Source: Pirellulales bacterium
GTDB taxonomy: Bacteria; Planctomycetota; Planctomycetia; Pirellulales; JAICIG01
Direction: 5' to 3'
DNA length: 64,000 bases
Assembly: GCA_040901675.1 (NCBI GenBank)
Contig: JBBDYJ010000014.1
Span: 101,418-165,417, forward strand
Numbering within the stretch: the stretch's first letter is position 1; each line of letters begins with the position of its first letter. The position numbers and the translations under genes are program-made. This document shows positions 19,238-29,692 of the stretch, in pieces. The notes beneath the pieces are model-generated. The model did no database searches, was not told where the DNA came from, and saw only the letters and a program-made list of their open reading frames with translations.

Positions 19238-21121
19238 TCAGCGCGCGGCCGCCAGGCGGGACCCGCTTGCCTGCTGCCAGGCAACGCTCAGCCAGCCGTC
19301 TTCGGCGGTCAATTGTCTCAACTCGAGCGTGCCCGCACTGGCCGCCTGCCCCGGCAGCACCAGCCCCTCCGAAACGATCTCCGGCGGAAAAACCCCCTCG
19401 AAGCGGTGCTTCAGCAGGTTCCGCAACGTCTGCTGGCGCAGGGCAAGCCGCCTCCCGGATCCAGGCACAAAACCGGGTGGAAAGATTTCCAGCTCGCCTT
19501 GCCGCGCGGCCGTCATTCCCGGTCCGCGCCGCTCCAACTGGTACCGCGCCGTGACGTTCATGCCCGAATACTGCCGCCCGCCGGAAGTATAACGTTGCCC
19601 CCGCACCGTGATCGACATGGTATTGTCGTGGATCACCACGCTGATCGGACGCCTGGAAGCGAACGTGATCGACCACGCTTCCTCCCGCTCGGCATCCCGC
19701 AATTCGGCCGGAATCGACCCCAGCACGTCCAGCGCCAGCCGCTCGGACTGGGCCTGGTCCAGCGTCCGACCGGCGAATATCTCCTCGGTCAGGTTGTTGA
19801 AGAACGATTCGTGCATCCGCACCGAAAGGCTGACGGGCACCGCCAGATCGGGGGGCGCCTGCGCCGCCGCCAACCGCCCCGCCGGCTGCTCGATGGCCAT
19901 GACCCGCAGCGCGTCCTCGGTCGTGCTAAAACGGATCTGGTCGCCCGAGGGTCCCCGACGCAGCAGCGGATGGCGGTCGCGGCCCTGGATGCGGTCGTTG
20001 ACCCTGGCCAGCAGGCCGCCGGCCTCGCTCTCGAAACGCGCGTTGAACCGCTGTTCGGCATGGCGGGCGGCGATCCGTTCGCTCAGGGCCTTCTGCTCTC
20101 CGACGCGCTTGAGGGCCACCCGTTTGATCAGGCAATCCACGAGGCCCCGCTTGGTGGATGAAATACCACGCACGGTCGATTGCGTCGTGGCCGAGGCCGA
20201 GGCCGGATACGCCCGCATCCCCTGGCCGTCCAGCACGAACCGCTTCCGCCCGTAGATCTGCGTTTGCGCCGAACTATGGATCCGGGCGGGCCCATTGCGC
20301 CCGACTGTTCTGGCGTAGTTTGTCCCCCGCATCACGGTTTCGAACAGCGCCGTGTCTCTGCTGGGCAGCAAGCGGATGGCGACCTGCCCGACCGTCCGTC
20401 CGCTTCCGGAAATCCGGGTGCCCAGGATCACGTCGCGAACCGAGGCCGTCTCGTCCACCGGCCTGGCGATGGCGGCGTCGAGCAAATCCCGCGAAACCTG
20501 CGCATACAAATTGGGCCGAGAAAAGCGGCCCCGAACCGCCTGCACGACCGCAGGCGCCTGCCGGTACCGCGCGAGCCAGGCCACCGCCTCGGCCGTCTTG
20601 TCCCAGGCCTCGCTGGACCCCGTCGCGTCATACTCCTCCAGGCCGCCGGCCAACTGTTCGATCGCCGTCTGGAACTGCGAGTGAGCCTCGTTGCTCCGAA
20701 CCAGGGCGGCCGTGTCGATGTAGACCCTCAACGCGTCGCCCGCCTGACTGAATCGCGGCAGTTCCAGGCCCGCGTGGCCGCTGCGATACCGCCGCGCAGC
20801 CGTCTCAAGAACCGACAGGTCGGCCTGCAGCCCACGATCGAGCTCGGCTTTCACCTCGTCGACGAGCAGGAACCTTTTCCAAGCCTGGCCGTTGGCCCCC
20901 GCCGCGGCCAGATACCGCTCGAGCCGGCCGAGGGCCTGCCGCAGTTCGCCGAGCCGCCTGGCGAGCTGTGTCTTGTCCGGCTGCACATAGCCGTCGGCGG
21001 CCGATCGGACCAGGGCCGGCAGCTCGGCGTCCGGCGAGGCGGTCTGACCATAACTTTCTATGCCGCAGGAAATTGCGAAGATGACCGCAAGCCCCAACGA
21101 CGCCAACAACCGATCGTACAT
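19238..21121 (-). CDS. Exported hypothetical protein
   Basis: GGAG RBS before ATG 21121; signal-like N-terminus; helical N-half and beta-rich C-half; family not recognised. Confidence 0.8.
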   Translation of the reverse strand: MYDRLLASLGLAVIFAISCGIESYGQTASPDAELPALVRSAADGYVQPDKTQLARRLGELRQALGRLERYLAAAGANGQAWKRFLLVDEVKAELDRGLQADLSVLETAARRYRSGHAGLELPRFSQAGDALRVYIDTAALVRSNEAHSQFQTAIEQLAGGLEEYDATGSSEAWDKTAEAVAWLARYRQAPAVVQAVRGRFSRPNLYAQVSRDLLDAAIARPVDETASVRDVILGTRISGSGRTVGQVAIRLLPSRDTALFETVMRGTNYARTVGRNGPARIHSSAQTQIYGRKRFVLDGQGMRAYPASASATTQSTVRGISSTKRGLVDCLIKRVALKRVGEQKALSERIAARHAEQRFNARFESEAGGLLARVNDRIQGRDRHPLLRRGPSGDQIRFSTTEDALRVMAIEQPAGRLAAAQAPPDLAVPVSLSVRMHESFFNNLTEEIFAGRTLDQAQSERLALDVLGSIPAELRDAEREEAWSITFASRRPISVVIHDNTMSITVRGQRYTSGGRQYSGMNVTARYQLERRGPGMTAARQGELEIFPPGFVPGSGRRLALRQQTLRNLLKHRFEGVFPPEIVSEGLVLPGQAASAGTLELRQLTAEDGWLSVAWQQASGSRLAAAR

Positions 21122-21503
21122 GGATTCTCCCTTGCCGCACGGGGGCCAATGGCCCCAGCGGGACGCTCCGCGCCCGCCTCCAACCAATCCTCGAAGTAGT
21201 CGTTCCGCCCATAGTAACTCTACATGGCCCCGCATTGTACTGCCCCTGGCCCCGTTCCAGCTACAGCATGAGTAGGGGGCTCGCCGTCACGTTGTTCTTG
21301 ACGGTTGTAGCGTCTCTAGGGGCACGTTGCATCCGGGAAACGGTCCAGGTTGAAAAAAGTCCCCATGTTGCCAAAACGCATGCTAGGTTTTAGGGAAAGG
21401 GTTCGGATGACTCCGTCTGGGCCAGGCGGCCCCGGCTACACAGCCGGACCTGATCGACGGAGTCGGGCAGTCTGGGAAAGACGAACCAATGGGCGGGTGC
21501 AGG

Positions 21504-23648
21504 ATGCCGGTGCGATTTGTGTGGATCGCGCTGGCGGTCTGCGCGCTGTGCAACGGCTGCCACTGGTTCCGGCTGCCGAAGATCGACCCCAGCGGCGAGC
21601 GCATCTTCCTCCGCGAACCGCACGCTCACCAGCCGCACGCTCACCAGCCGCACGTTCCGCAGCCGCAGGCTCCGATTCTGCGGCCGCCCGCCTTTGTCGA
21701 GCAGCCCGGTCCTCCCCGTCCGCACCACCACGCGCGGGGCGTGGCCGTCATGCCCTGCAAGATCATTGCACCGGTGGGAAGCGAAGTCGTGATGCTGGCC
21801 GCCGTAGCCGGTCTCAATGGCCAGCCCAAGGCGAACCAGCGCGTGGAGTGGATGCTGGCGCCCGGCGGCGCCGGCCAGATTGTGGCGCTGGGAAAGCACA
21901 CGCCGCTTGATTGGCTGGTCGGCTTTCGGACCTGGCCTCGCAAAATCGACAACACCTTCGCCATCGGCAGCACCTCGTCCAGAAATCTCTGCCTGACGCG
22001 CGGCACGCCTTCGCCCGCCGACGACGTGCCGGTCTTGCGCGGCCAGGCATGGCTGAGCGTTACCTCGCCCATCGAGGGGACTAGTTACGTGACGGCCTAT
22101 GCCCCCGGCGTGTACGGCTGGGACAGCAGGCAGCAGACGGCGACCATCCATTGGGTCGACGCGCAGTGGTCGCTGCCCCCGCCGGCCGTGCAAACCGTGG
22201 GTGGCCGCCACGTGCTCACCACCACCGTGCTGCGCCATTCCACGCAGGCGCCCGCGGAGGGTTATCGCGTACGCTACCAGATCGTCAGCGGACCCGCGGC
22301 CGGCTTTGCTCCCCAAGGCGCTCAAATGGTCGAAGTGGCCACCAACGCTTTGGGCCAGGCTGCCGTCGAGCTGTTCCAGACCGAGCCGGCCGCCGGCACC
22401 AACGTGGTTGCGATCGAGATCACCCGGCCTCCCGGCGCCCCCGGCGATCAGTCGCTCGTGCTGGGCAGCGGCAGCACGCAGATCAGTTGGAGCTCGCCCG
22501 TGGCGGCGCCATCCGCGCCGCCGGCCGCCGCTGGACCCGCTGCGGCGCCTGCGCCGGGGCCCGCGGCGCCGGCACCCGTTCTCGAAGCGAGGATGACCGG
22601 TCCCCAGCGCGCGGTGATCGGGCAGGAAGTGACGTTCGAAGTGGTAGTCACCAACCGCGGCGCCACGGCCGCCTCCGGGCTGGTGATTGTCGACCGCTAC
22701 CCGCCGGGCCTGCGACATGCTCAGCGGGGCAACTCGATCGAGCGGGTCCTGGGCGATCTGGCTCCCGGTGCATCGCGCTCGGTGGCCGTCACCTTCCGGG
22801 TGGCCGAAGCGGGGCGGCTCTGCAATCGGGCCGAGATCCACTCGCCTCTGGGCGTGCTGGCGCGGGCCGAAGCCTGCCTCACGGCCGAGCGGGCGGCCCA
22901 GGCCGATCCGGACGAACAGCCGCGGCTTTCCGTTCGAAAGACCGGCCCCGACCGCCGCCGTGTGGGCGAGACCGCCGAGTTTTTGATCGAAATCACCAAC
23001 AACGGCCGCCAGCCCGCCACCGAGCTGAAGGTGCTGGACCATTACGACCAGGACGCGCTCGATCCGGTCAGCGCCACGGACGGCTATAGCTGGACCGGGC
23101 TGGACCTGGTCTGGAACGTCGACGTGCTGCCGCCGGGCAAGACGATCGTTTTTCAGGTGCACTGCCGCTGCCTCAGGCCGGCTGCCCGCTCGTGCAACGG
23201 CGCGACGGTCACCTCCCGCGAGCAGGCGCGTGCCGACGGCGAGGCCTGCCTGGAGATCGCTCCCGCGGCCGCCGGCGGCAGTAGTCTGAGCATCTCGGTG
23301 GCCGACGTGCGCGACCCGGTGGCGGTGGGCAACCAGACCACGTATGAGGTACGCGTCACGAACAACAGCCAGGCCGCCGACCGCCAGGTGGCCGTGGCCG
23401 TTACGGTGCCTTCCGGCATGACCGCCCTGGTGGTCGGCAGCAGCGGGCCGGCTGCGTACCGTGTCGAGGGGCGGCAGGTGCGATTCGACCCCGTGCGTGA
23501 GATCCGTCCCGGCGAGACGCTCAGCTACCGCGTCGAGGCCCGAGCCGAGCGTGCCGGCGGCGGCCGTTGCCAGGTCGAGGTGACCAGCGAGCGGATACAA
23601 CAGCCACGAACGGCCGAGACCACCACCACGATCGTCTCCGGCCCGTAG
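21504..23648 (+). CDS. DUF11-repeat (OmcB-like) lipoprotein
   Basis: Lipobox-like LCNGC; three DUF11-type repeats (TGP..AVIGQEVTFEVVVTNRG, KTGP..VGETAEFLIEITNNG, DPVAVGNQTTYEVRVTNN). Confidence 0.85.
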   Translation: MPVRFVWIALAVCALCNGCHWFRLPKIDPSGERIFLREPHAHQPHAHQPHVPQPQAPILRPPAFVEQPGPPRPHHHARGVAVMPCKIIAPVGSEVVMLAAVAGLNGQPKANQRVEWMLAPGGAGQIVALGKHTPLDWLVGFRTWPRKIDNTFAIGSTSSRNLCLTRGTPSPADDVPVLRGQAWLSVTSPIEGTSYVTAYAPGVYGWDSRQQTATIHWVDAQWSLPPPAVQTVGGRHVLTTTVLRHSTQAPAEGYRVRYQIVSGPAAGFAPQGAQMVEVATNALGQAAVELFQTEPAAGTNVVAIEITRPPGAPGDQSLVLGSGSTQISWSSPVAAPSAPPAAAGPAAAPAPGPAAPAPVLEARMTGPQRAVIGQEVTFEVVVTNRGATAASGLVIVDRYPPGLRHAQRGNSIERVLGDLAPGASRSVAVTFRVAEAGRLCNRAEIHSPLGVLARAEACLTAERAAQADPDEQPRLSVRKTGPDRRRVGETAEFLIEITNNGRQPATELKVLDHYDQDALDPVSATDGYSWTGLDLVWNVDVLPPGKTIVFQVHCRCLRPAARSCNGATVTSREQARADGEACLEIAPAAAGGSSLSISVADVRDPVAVGNQTTYEVRVTNNSQAADRQVAVAVTVPSGMTALVVGSSGPAAYRVEGRQVRFDPVREIRPGETLSYRVEARAERAGGGRCQVEVTSERIQQPRTAETTTTIVSGP

Positions 23649-23983
23649 GGATTGGAACTCGGCGGACTTTCTCGGCCCACCACGGGTCGCCGCCGACGGG
23701 TGCGTGCATTGATGGGCCGGCGCCATCCCTGTCAGCCTCCGCGGAGCTCACTTGAACGCGCACGCGTCATTCTTGCCGTAAGTCGAATCATAGCCGTTGG
23801 CTGTTCATATCTCACCCGGCTTTAGGGTGTTCGTCTCTTATTAGCTCATTCGGCCGGAGATGGACGGATGCCGAAAAACCGCAAGTTAAATTGGCGAGTC
23901 TAGGTCACGGCTGCCGATAGGACAAACTGGGTCATTAAAATCCCCACTTCACCATCGAGCCATTGGATGCAGCACCACGACTC

Positions 23984-24598
23984 ATGAGCATTTCACCGCA
24001 CTTTCTCCTCTTCTCCGAAGCGGGGGAGAAAATGATGCAGGGCCAATGGAGGTTTGTCCTGCAAGCGGCCGATGGATCGGCGACTTTCGAAGCAAGCGAT
24101 ACCGAGCCCCTGCTCGCCGGCGAGCGACTGGAGCTGCTGGCGGTCGTCCGCGGCCTGGAGGCCTTGGATCAGCCGTCGCGGGTCACGCTCTATACGCCCA
24201 GCCGCTACGTCAACCGGGGCCTGACCTACGGCCTCGACGAGTGGCGCCGTAACGGCTGGAGCTGGGAGTGCTTCGGCGAGATGGTCCCCGTCAAGAACCG
24301 CGACCTGTGGCAGCGGGTCGACCGTGCGCTGGGGTACCATCGACTCGAATTCCGGGGCTTTCGTTTCGATGCCCCACACGCCAGCCGAGGCAACGTTCCC
24401 GCCCCGCACTTCACGCTTCCCGCCGCTGCCCGGCCGCCGGACAGGCAACCCGCCGCACGCGGCCGCGGAGTCGTGCATCGGCGTTGGAGCCGTGCCGCCG
24501 CCCGCATCCGCCGGCAGTTGGGCGAGCGGGCCAAGGGGCTGGTCCTGAGCTGCCAGCAGCTCGGAACCTGTTTCCTGCCAAGGCCTTGGATCGGCTAG
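23984..24598 (+). CDS. RNase HI-like protein with degenerate active site
   Basis: RLELLAVVRGLEAL, VTLYTPSRYV, W..NGW and VKNRDLWQ align with RNase HI; catalytic aspartates appear substituted. Confidence 0.8.
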   Translation: MSISPHFLLFSEAGEKMMQGQWRFVLQAADGSATFEASDTEPLLAGERLELLAVVRGLEALDQPSRVTLYTPSRYVNRGLTYGLDEWRRNGWSWECFGEMVPVKNRDLWQRVDRALGYHRLEFRGFRFDAPHASRGNVPAPHFTLPAAARPPDRQPAARGRGVVHRRWSRAAARIRRQLGERAKGLVLSCQQLGTCFLPRPWIG

Positions 24599-24710
24599 TC
24601 GTGCGGCGGCTTTTGCGCCCGCAACTATGCTGATTTGAGATTTAACTTCTGGACGAAGCGGCCCTCAAAACCCACAATTGGACCACGAGCGAAATAGCAA
24701 GGAGGTGCGC

Positions 24711-26924
24711 GTGCGTACGGCAGTCGCGTTGGAGAGCGTGAATCGGTTGGTCGAAGGACGAGACGAGAACCCGTTCGAACTGCTAGGGCCCCATGAAGTT
24801 ATTGACGATGGCCGCCGTGCCTTGGCCGTGCGGGCCTATCTGCCGCAATCGGCGCAGGCCTGGATCGTCGACCGGGCTCACGCCGCGACGCCCCGCCCGA
24901 TGCGGAGGATCCACCCAGCCGGCCTGTTCGAGGCGATTTGCCCGCCGTGGGACGGCAGGGATCCGGCCCGTTACCTACTCGAGTTCGCCGACCAGCACGG
25001 CAACCGCGCCACGATGCACGATCCGTACGCCTTCCCCCACTACCTGACCGACTACGACCTGCACCTGTTGAACGAGGGAACGCACTGGCACAGCTATCAC
25101 AAGCTGGGGGCCCAACTGCGGACCATCGAGGGTGTGGAGGGGGTCAATTTTGCCGTCTGGGCGCCCAACGCCACTTCGGTCAGCGTGATCGGCGACTTCA
25201 ACCAGTGGGATACCCGCCGGCATCCCATGGGCAAGCACATCCCCAGCGGCTTCTGGGAGCTGTTCGTTCCCGGGCTGAGTGAAGGCACGCTCTACAAATA
25301 CCACATCAGGCATGGCGGACAGTCGCTCGAAAAATCCGACCCCTACGGTTTCGCCGCCGAGCTGCCACCGCGCACCGCCTCGCAAGTAGTCAACCTCGAC
25401 CGCTACCACTGGCACGACGAGAAGTGGATCGCCGGGCGGCAGCAGGCCTCGGCCCTCGACGCGCCGCTCTCCTTTTACGAAGTCCACCTGGGTAGCTGGC
25501 GGCGCCCGGGAGACGACCACCACCGCTGGCTGAGCTACCGCGAGCTGGCCCACGAGCTGGTCGACTATGCCAAACAGATGGGTTTCACCCACTTGGAGCT
25601 GCTCCCGGTCAGCGAGCATCCCTTTTCGGGAAGCTGGGGGTACCAGACGGTCGGCTACTTCGCGCCCACCAGCCGCTACGGCTCGCCCCAGGACTTCATG
25701 TACTTCGTCGATCACTGCCATCAGAACGGCCTGGGCGTGCTGCTGGACTGGGTGCCGGCCCACTTTCCGCGCGACGGGCACGGGCTGCGGCAGTTCGACG
25801 GCACCTGCCTTTATGAGCACGCCGATCCGCGCAAGGGAGAACACCGCGACTGGGGAACGCTGATCTTCAACTATGGACGGCACGAGGTCCGCAACTTCCT
25901 CCTGTCCAACGCGCTGTTCTGGTTCGACAAGTACCACATCGACGGCCTGCGCGTGGACGCGGTGGCCTCGATGATTTACCTCGATTACAGCCGGGAGGAA
26001 GGCGGCTGGGTGCCCAACGAATTCGGGGGCCGCGAGAATCTGGAGGCGATCTCGTTTCTCAAGGAGCTGAACATCCAGTCGCACTTGCAGTATCCCGGGG
26101 TGCTGACGGTTGCGGAGGAGTCGACCGCCTGGGCGGGCGTTTCGCGGCCCACGTACCTGGGAGGGCTGGGATTCAGCCTGAAGTGGAACATGGGCTGGAT
26201 GAACGACACGACGCAATACATGCGGCACGAGCCGGTGCACCGCAAGTACCACCACGACGAGCTGACGTTCAGCCTGATTTATGCCTTCCATGAGAACTTC
26301 GTGCTGCCGCTGTCGCACGACGAGGTGGTCCACGGCAAAGGCTCACTGTTGGACCAGGTCCCCGGCGACCTGTGGCAGAAGTTCGCCAACCTGCGGCTGA
26401 TGTTCGGCTACATGTGGGCCCACCCCGGGAAGAAGCTGCTCTTCATGGGGGGCGAGTTCGGCCAGTGGGGCGAGTGGAACTACGACACGAGCCTGGATTG
26501 GCACCTGCTCCAGTGGCCGAGCCACCAGGGCTTGCAGAAGTACGTGGCGGACTTGAACCAACTCTACCGCCGCGAGCCCGCGCTGCACCAAATGGACTTC
26601 GACGGCCACGGCTTCGAATGGATCGACTGCCACAACTATGATGCCAGCGCGCTGAGCTTCATCCGCAAGGCCAAGGACCCGCGCGATTACCTGGTGGTTT
26701 GCTGCAACTTCACTCCGGTGCCCAGGCTGACGCACCGCCTGGGCGTGCCGGAGCACTGCTGGTACGAGGAGATTTCCAACAGCGACTCGACGTACTACGG
26801 CGGCAGCAACATGGGCAACGGCCCCGGACTGATGGCAGAGGATATCCCCAGCCATGGGCGCCCCCACTCGATCAACCTGACGCTTCCTCCGCTGGCCACC
26901 GTGATCCTCAAGCCCCGCCGCTAG
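24711..26924 (+). CDS. glgB: 1,4-alpha-glucan branching enzyme
   Basis: AGGAGG before [57 protein letters not shown]. Confidence 0.97.
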   Translation: MRTAVALESVNRLVEGRDENPFELLGPHEVIDDGRRALAVRAYLPQSAQAWIVDRAHAATPRPMRRIHPAGLFEAICPPWDGRDPARYLLEFADQHGNRATMHDPYAFPHYLTDYDLHLLNEGTHWHSYHKLGAQLRTIEGVEGVNFAVWAPNATSVSVIGDFNQWDTRRHPMGKHIPSGFWELFVPGLSEGTLYKYHIRHGGQSLEKSDPYGFAAELPPRTASQVVNLDRYHWHDEKWIAGRQQASALDAPLSFYEVHLGSWRRPGDDHHRWLSYRELAHELVDYAKQMGFTHLELLPVSEHPFSGSWGYQTVGYFAPTSRYGSPQDFMYFVDHCHQNGLGVLLDWVPAHFPRDGHGLRQFDGTCLYEHADPRKGEHRDWGTLIFNYGRHEVRNFLLSNALFWFDKYHIDGLRVDAVASMIYLDYSREEGGWVPNEFGGRENLEAISFLKELNIQSHLQYPGVLTVAEESTAWAGVSRPTYLGGLGFSLKWNMGWMNDTTQYMRHEPVHRKYHHDELTFSLIYAFHENFVLPLSHDEVVHGKGSLLDQVPGDLWQKFANLRLMFGYMWAHPGKKLLFMGGEFGQWGEWNYDTSLDWHLLQWPSHQGLQKYVADLNQLYRREPALHQMDFDGHGFEWIDCHNYDASALSFIRKAKDPRDYLVVCCNFTPVPRLTHRLGVPEHCWYEEISNSDSTYYGGSNMGNGPGLMAEDIPSHGRPHSINLTLPPLATVILKPRR

Positions 26925-26934
26925 AGGGAAGGAG

Positions 26935-27140
26935 GGGACTTGGTACTTAGGACTTGGTGCTTGGGACTTGGGAAGACACCGGAGCCCGACTTCGGCGAGC
27001 TCAGTCGAGCCGAGCCCAAAGTACAAAGAACAAAGGTCTAAGCACCCCGATTGGGGCATCCCGACGCGCTGGGACGCTGCCGCCAGTCACCCACCGTTAC
27101 ACTGGGGCACGCTTATCGCTTTGCCGCCAACCACCCGGCG
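26935..27140. repeat. Composite intergenic repeat: inverted heptamer arrays, 25-bp mini-element and family A palindromes
   Basis: GGACTTG/GTACTTA/GTGCTTG-type heptamers, GACTTCGGCGAGCTCAGTCGAGCCG, then CAAAGTA/CAAAGAA heptamers and CTGGGGCACGCTTATCGCTTTGCCGCCAACCACCCGGC. Confidence 0.8.
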
Positions 27141-27148
27141 TTGCTGCC

Positions 27149-29488
27149 TTAACTCCGCTGGTCTGGCGGGCGCACCCACTCCAGGGCCGCCTCGCGCCGG
27201 ATCTGCTCCAGCCAGGCCTGGATGAGCTGCTGCCTTTCGGCCAAGGCGGCGGTCTGGTAGAGGCTGAACGGATAGGCGATGAACAACTGCTGCAACGTGG
27301 AAAGCGGCGGCTCGAGCTTCTCCACCCGGATCACGTAGACCACCGTCTGCGGCTGGTTCATGGCCGAGCCGACCTTGCCCACCTGCAAGCGGAATACCGC
27401 GCGCATGAAGTCCTCGCCGGCGTCCTCGACTCCTTCGACCTCGCTGATTTGCGGGATCGCCCGCGAATCGACGCCCGCGCTGGTTGTGGTCAACCAGGAG
27501 AACGCCGGCGGCCGAACGACCGTGTAGCCTCCCTGCTCGCCAAACAGCTCGGCAAGCGACTCCTTGGCGCGGCCTGCCTTGGCCACCAGCTCGGCGGCCT
27601 TCTTCTTGGCCGGCTCGCGCGCCTGGATCAGCTTCCAGGCACGCACCACCTCGTCGTGGATTTCCTTCAGCTCGGGCACATACGCTTCGCGCTCGTCGAT
27701 CTTCCAGAACAAGTAGCGGTTCCGCTCGGCATCCTCGGACCGGGCACTCTTGTACTTCAGCAGATAGTCGATCGCCACGTCGGCGAAGGCATAGTCGCCG
27801 AGCTGGGATCCTCCCAGCTCCGGATCGAGCTGCGCCACGTCGTACCGCGAAACCAGGCTCGTCTTGCCGTCGGTCAGCGAGTGGGCCGCCGCCAGTTCGG
27901 CAAAGTCGGGCCGGGCCGGTTCCTTGCCCCTGCGGTTGATGCTCCAAGCGTTCCACCGCCGTTCATAGCGGTCCATTCTGGACTTGACGGCGTCCAGCGC
28001 CTTTTCGATTTTTTCGTCGGCCTGCTGCTGGGCCAGCTTTTTGCGGATCGCCTCCTCCACTTTCCAAAGCGGTTCGTATTTCGGCTTCGGTCCGTCGCGG
28101 ATGTCTCGTGGCAAGAGCAAGTCGTCCGAAATCGGCGGCGGCGGTCCGGCCGGCAGTTTTTCAGTCTTCGCGCCGGCCGGCTTCGCCGCGTCGTCGCTGG
28201 CGCCCGTATCGTCGCTGGCGCCATCGGCGGTTGCCGGGGGAAGCGGAGTCTGGCCATCGGGCGCGTCGAGCGCGGGGTCGCCCGCCACGGGCTGATCCCC
28301 GTCCGCATCGGTCACCGGCTGGTCATCGTCCGGCGGCTGGTAGAAGGCCAGCAGATTCTCGATCGATCGATTGTCCGACGATTCATCGGGCGCCGGCTCC
28401 GCCGCTTCACCCGCCGGCGGCTCGCCGGGCGGCGGCTCTTCGGGTTGCTCCTCGGCCGGCTCCCCCATGGGCTCGTCCGGTTGCTCGCCCGGCACTTCAG
28501 GATCCGCTTCCGAGATCAGCGGGTCGTCTTCCCGCTCGGCTTTCGACGCACCGCCAAGGGGCATGCTGCTCTCCGCATCGTCGAAGGCGTCGAAGGCCGA
28601 GTCGCCCAAGTCGGTATAAAGGAATTCGCGGTCCTTGAACTGTTCGTAATACTCCGCCACCTGCTCGTCGGTGATCGACTTTTCATCGTAAAAACGGTCG
28701 TACGAAGCCTTTACATACTGGAAGGCGGCCTTGACCGGTACCTTGAAGCCTGGTTCCGGCGAACCGGGCACGGGCTCCTGTTCCTTGTGAGCATCGAAAA
28801 AAGCCTGCAGCGTCTTCGGATCCGGATCGTCGATCTGGTCGATGAAGTCCTCCGCACGGATCGGTACCAGTTCCACGGTGGCCCTGCTGTTGAGACGCGT
28901 ATAGTAGTCCCAGCGCTGGGCGGGCGTGGTCATCGACACCGGCACTTCCAGCACCCCGCTCATGAGCAGCAGCTTCTCGGCGGACAGCTCGGTCCGCAGG
29001 GCATCGAACACCTGCGGCTGGGTCGTCTTCAGCCGGCGGACGATCGCGCGGAAGCGGTCGGCGGGCACCTGGTCGCGGGTGTTTTCCTTCAGGTAGGCGT
29101 TGATCGCGTCGTCCCCGATCACGACTCCCAAGTCCTTTGCCCGCTCGGCCAGCAGGTGGGTCTCGACTACCGATCGCTCGGTCGGCTCGCCGAACGGCTG
29201 CCTGCTGGCGATCATCCGGCGAAACTCCTCGCCCATGGCCGCCACCAGCGTTTCCACCATGAACTCGTTGGCCAGTTGGCGCCGCCCGATCATATTCCCC
29301 AGGTCGCCTTCGCGGATCTCGCCCCGCGCGGTGCGTGCTACCACCTGGTTGCTGCCGGCGGCCGGGCCGTTGCTCGACGTTTGACCCAGAAAAATCGGCA
29401 GAATCGTAAAGGCGATCATGCACAGCACGCCGACCATGACGATCATGGCCTTCTGGTGCTTACGAAACATCGAAAAAGGAGACGACAT
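27149..29488 (-). CDS. Membrane-anchored periplasmic protein, PpiD/SurA-N-like chaperone
   Basis: MFRKHQKAM plus an N-terminal TM helix; LLAERAKDLGVVIGDDAI, ITDEQVAEYYE and FAELAAAH resemble PpiD-family segments; long acidic insertion. Confidence 0.65.
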   Translation of the reverse strand: MSSPFSMFRKHQKAMIVMVGVLCMIAFTILPIFLGQTSSNGPAAGSNQVVARTARGEIREGDLGNMIGRRQLANEFMVETLVAAMGEEFRRMIASRQPFGEPTERSVVETHLLAERAKDLGVVIGDDAINAYLKENTRDQVPADRFRAIVRRLKTTQPQVFDALRTELSAEKLLLMSGVLEVPVSMTTPAQRWDYYTRLNSRATVELVPIRAEDFIDQIDDPDPKTLQAFFDAHKEQEPVPGSPEPGFKVPVKAAFQYVKASYDRFYDEKSITDEQVAEYYEQFKDREFLYTDLGDSAFDAFDDAESSMPLGGASKAEREDDPLISEADPEVPGEQPDEPMGEPAEEQPEEPPPGEPPAGEAAEPAPDESSDNRSIENLLAFYQPPDDDQPVTDADGDQPVAGDPALDAPDGQTPLPPATADGASDDTGASDDAAKPAGAKTEKLPAGPPPPISDDLLLPRDIRDGPKPKYEPLWKVEEAIRKKLAQQQADEKIEKALDAVKSRMDRYERRWNAWSINRRGKEPARPDFAELAAAHSLTDGKTSLVSRYDVAQLDPELGGSQLGDYAFADVAIDYLLKYKSARSEDAERNRYLFWKIDEREAYVPELKEIHDEVVRAWKLIQAREPAKKKAAELVAKAGRAKESLAELFGEQGGYTVVRPPAFSWLTTTSAGVDSRAIPQISEVEGVEDAGEDFMRAVFRLQVGKVGSAMNQPQTVVYVIRVEKLEPPLSTLQQLFIAYPFSLYQTAALAERQQLIQAWLEQIRREAALEWVRPPDQRS

Positions 29489-29547
29489 TGTGATCTAGCC
29501 TTGTCGCATGGGTGCTTACCCCCCCGGCGGCTGGCCTGGAACATGCC

Positions 29548-29576
29548 TTGACAGCCGGGCGATACAGATATTAATG
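29548..29576 (+). promoter_or_regulatory. Candidate topA promoter
   Basis: TTGACA at 29548-29553 followed 15-17 bp later by TATTAATG. Confidence 0.4.
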
Positions 29577-29692
29577 AGTAACGGGCCAACGAGCGTTGCC
29601 CCTGGCGCGTGAATTGTAAATCCCATCGACGTAAATGCAATCCCAAACAGGAAGTATGGTTCTTCGGACCCACACCTTACCCGGCATGACGC

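Noticed and set aside
21617..21668. 15-bp repeat encoding PHAHQ in the DUF11 protein
   Set aside because: Short low-complexity linker repeat with no evidence of special function.
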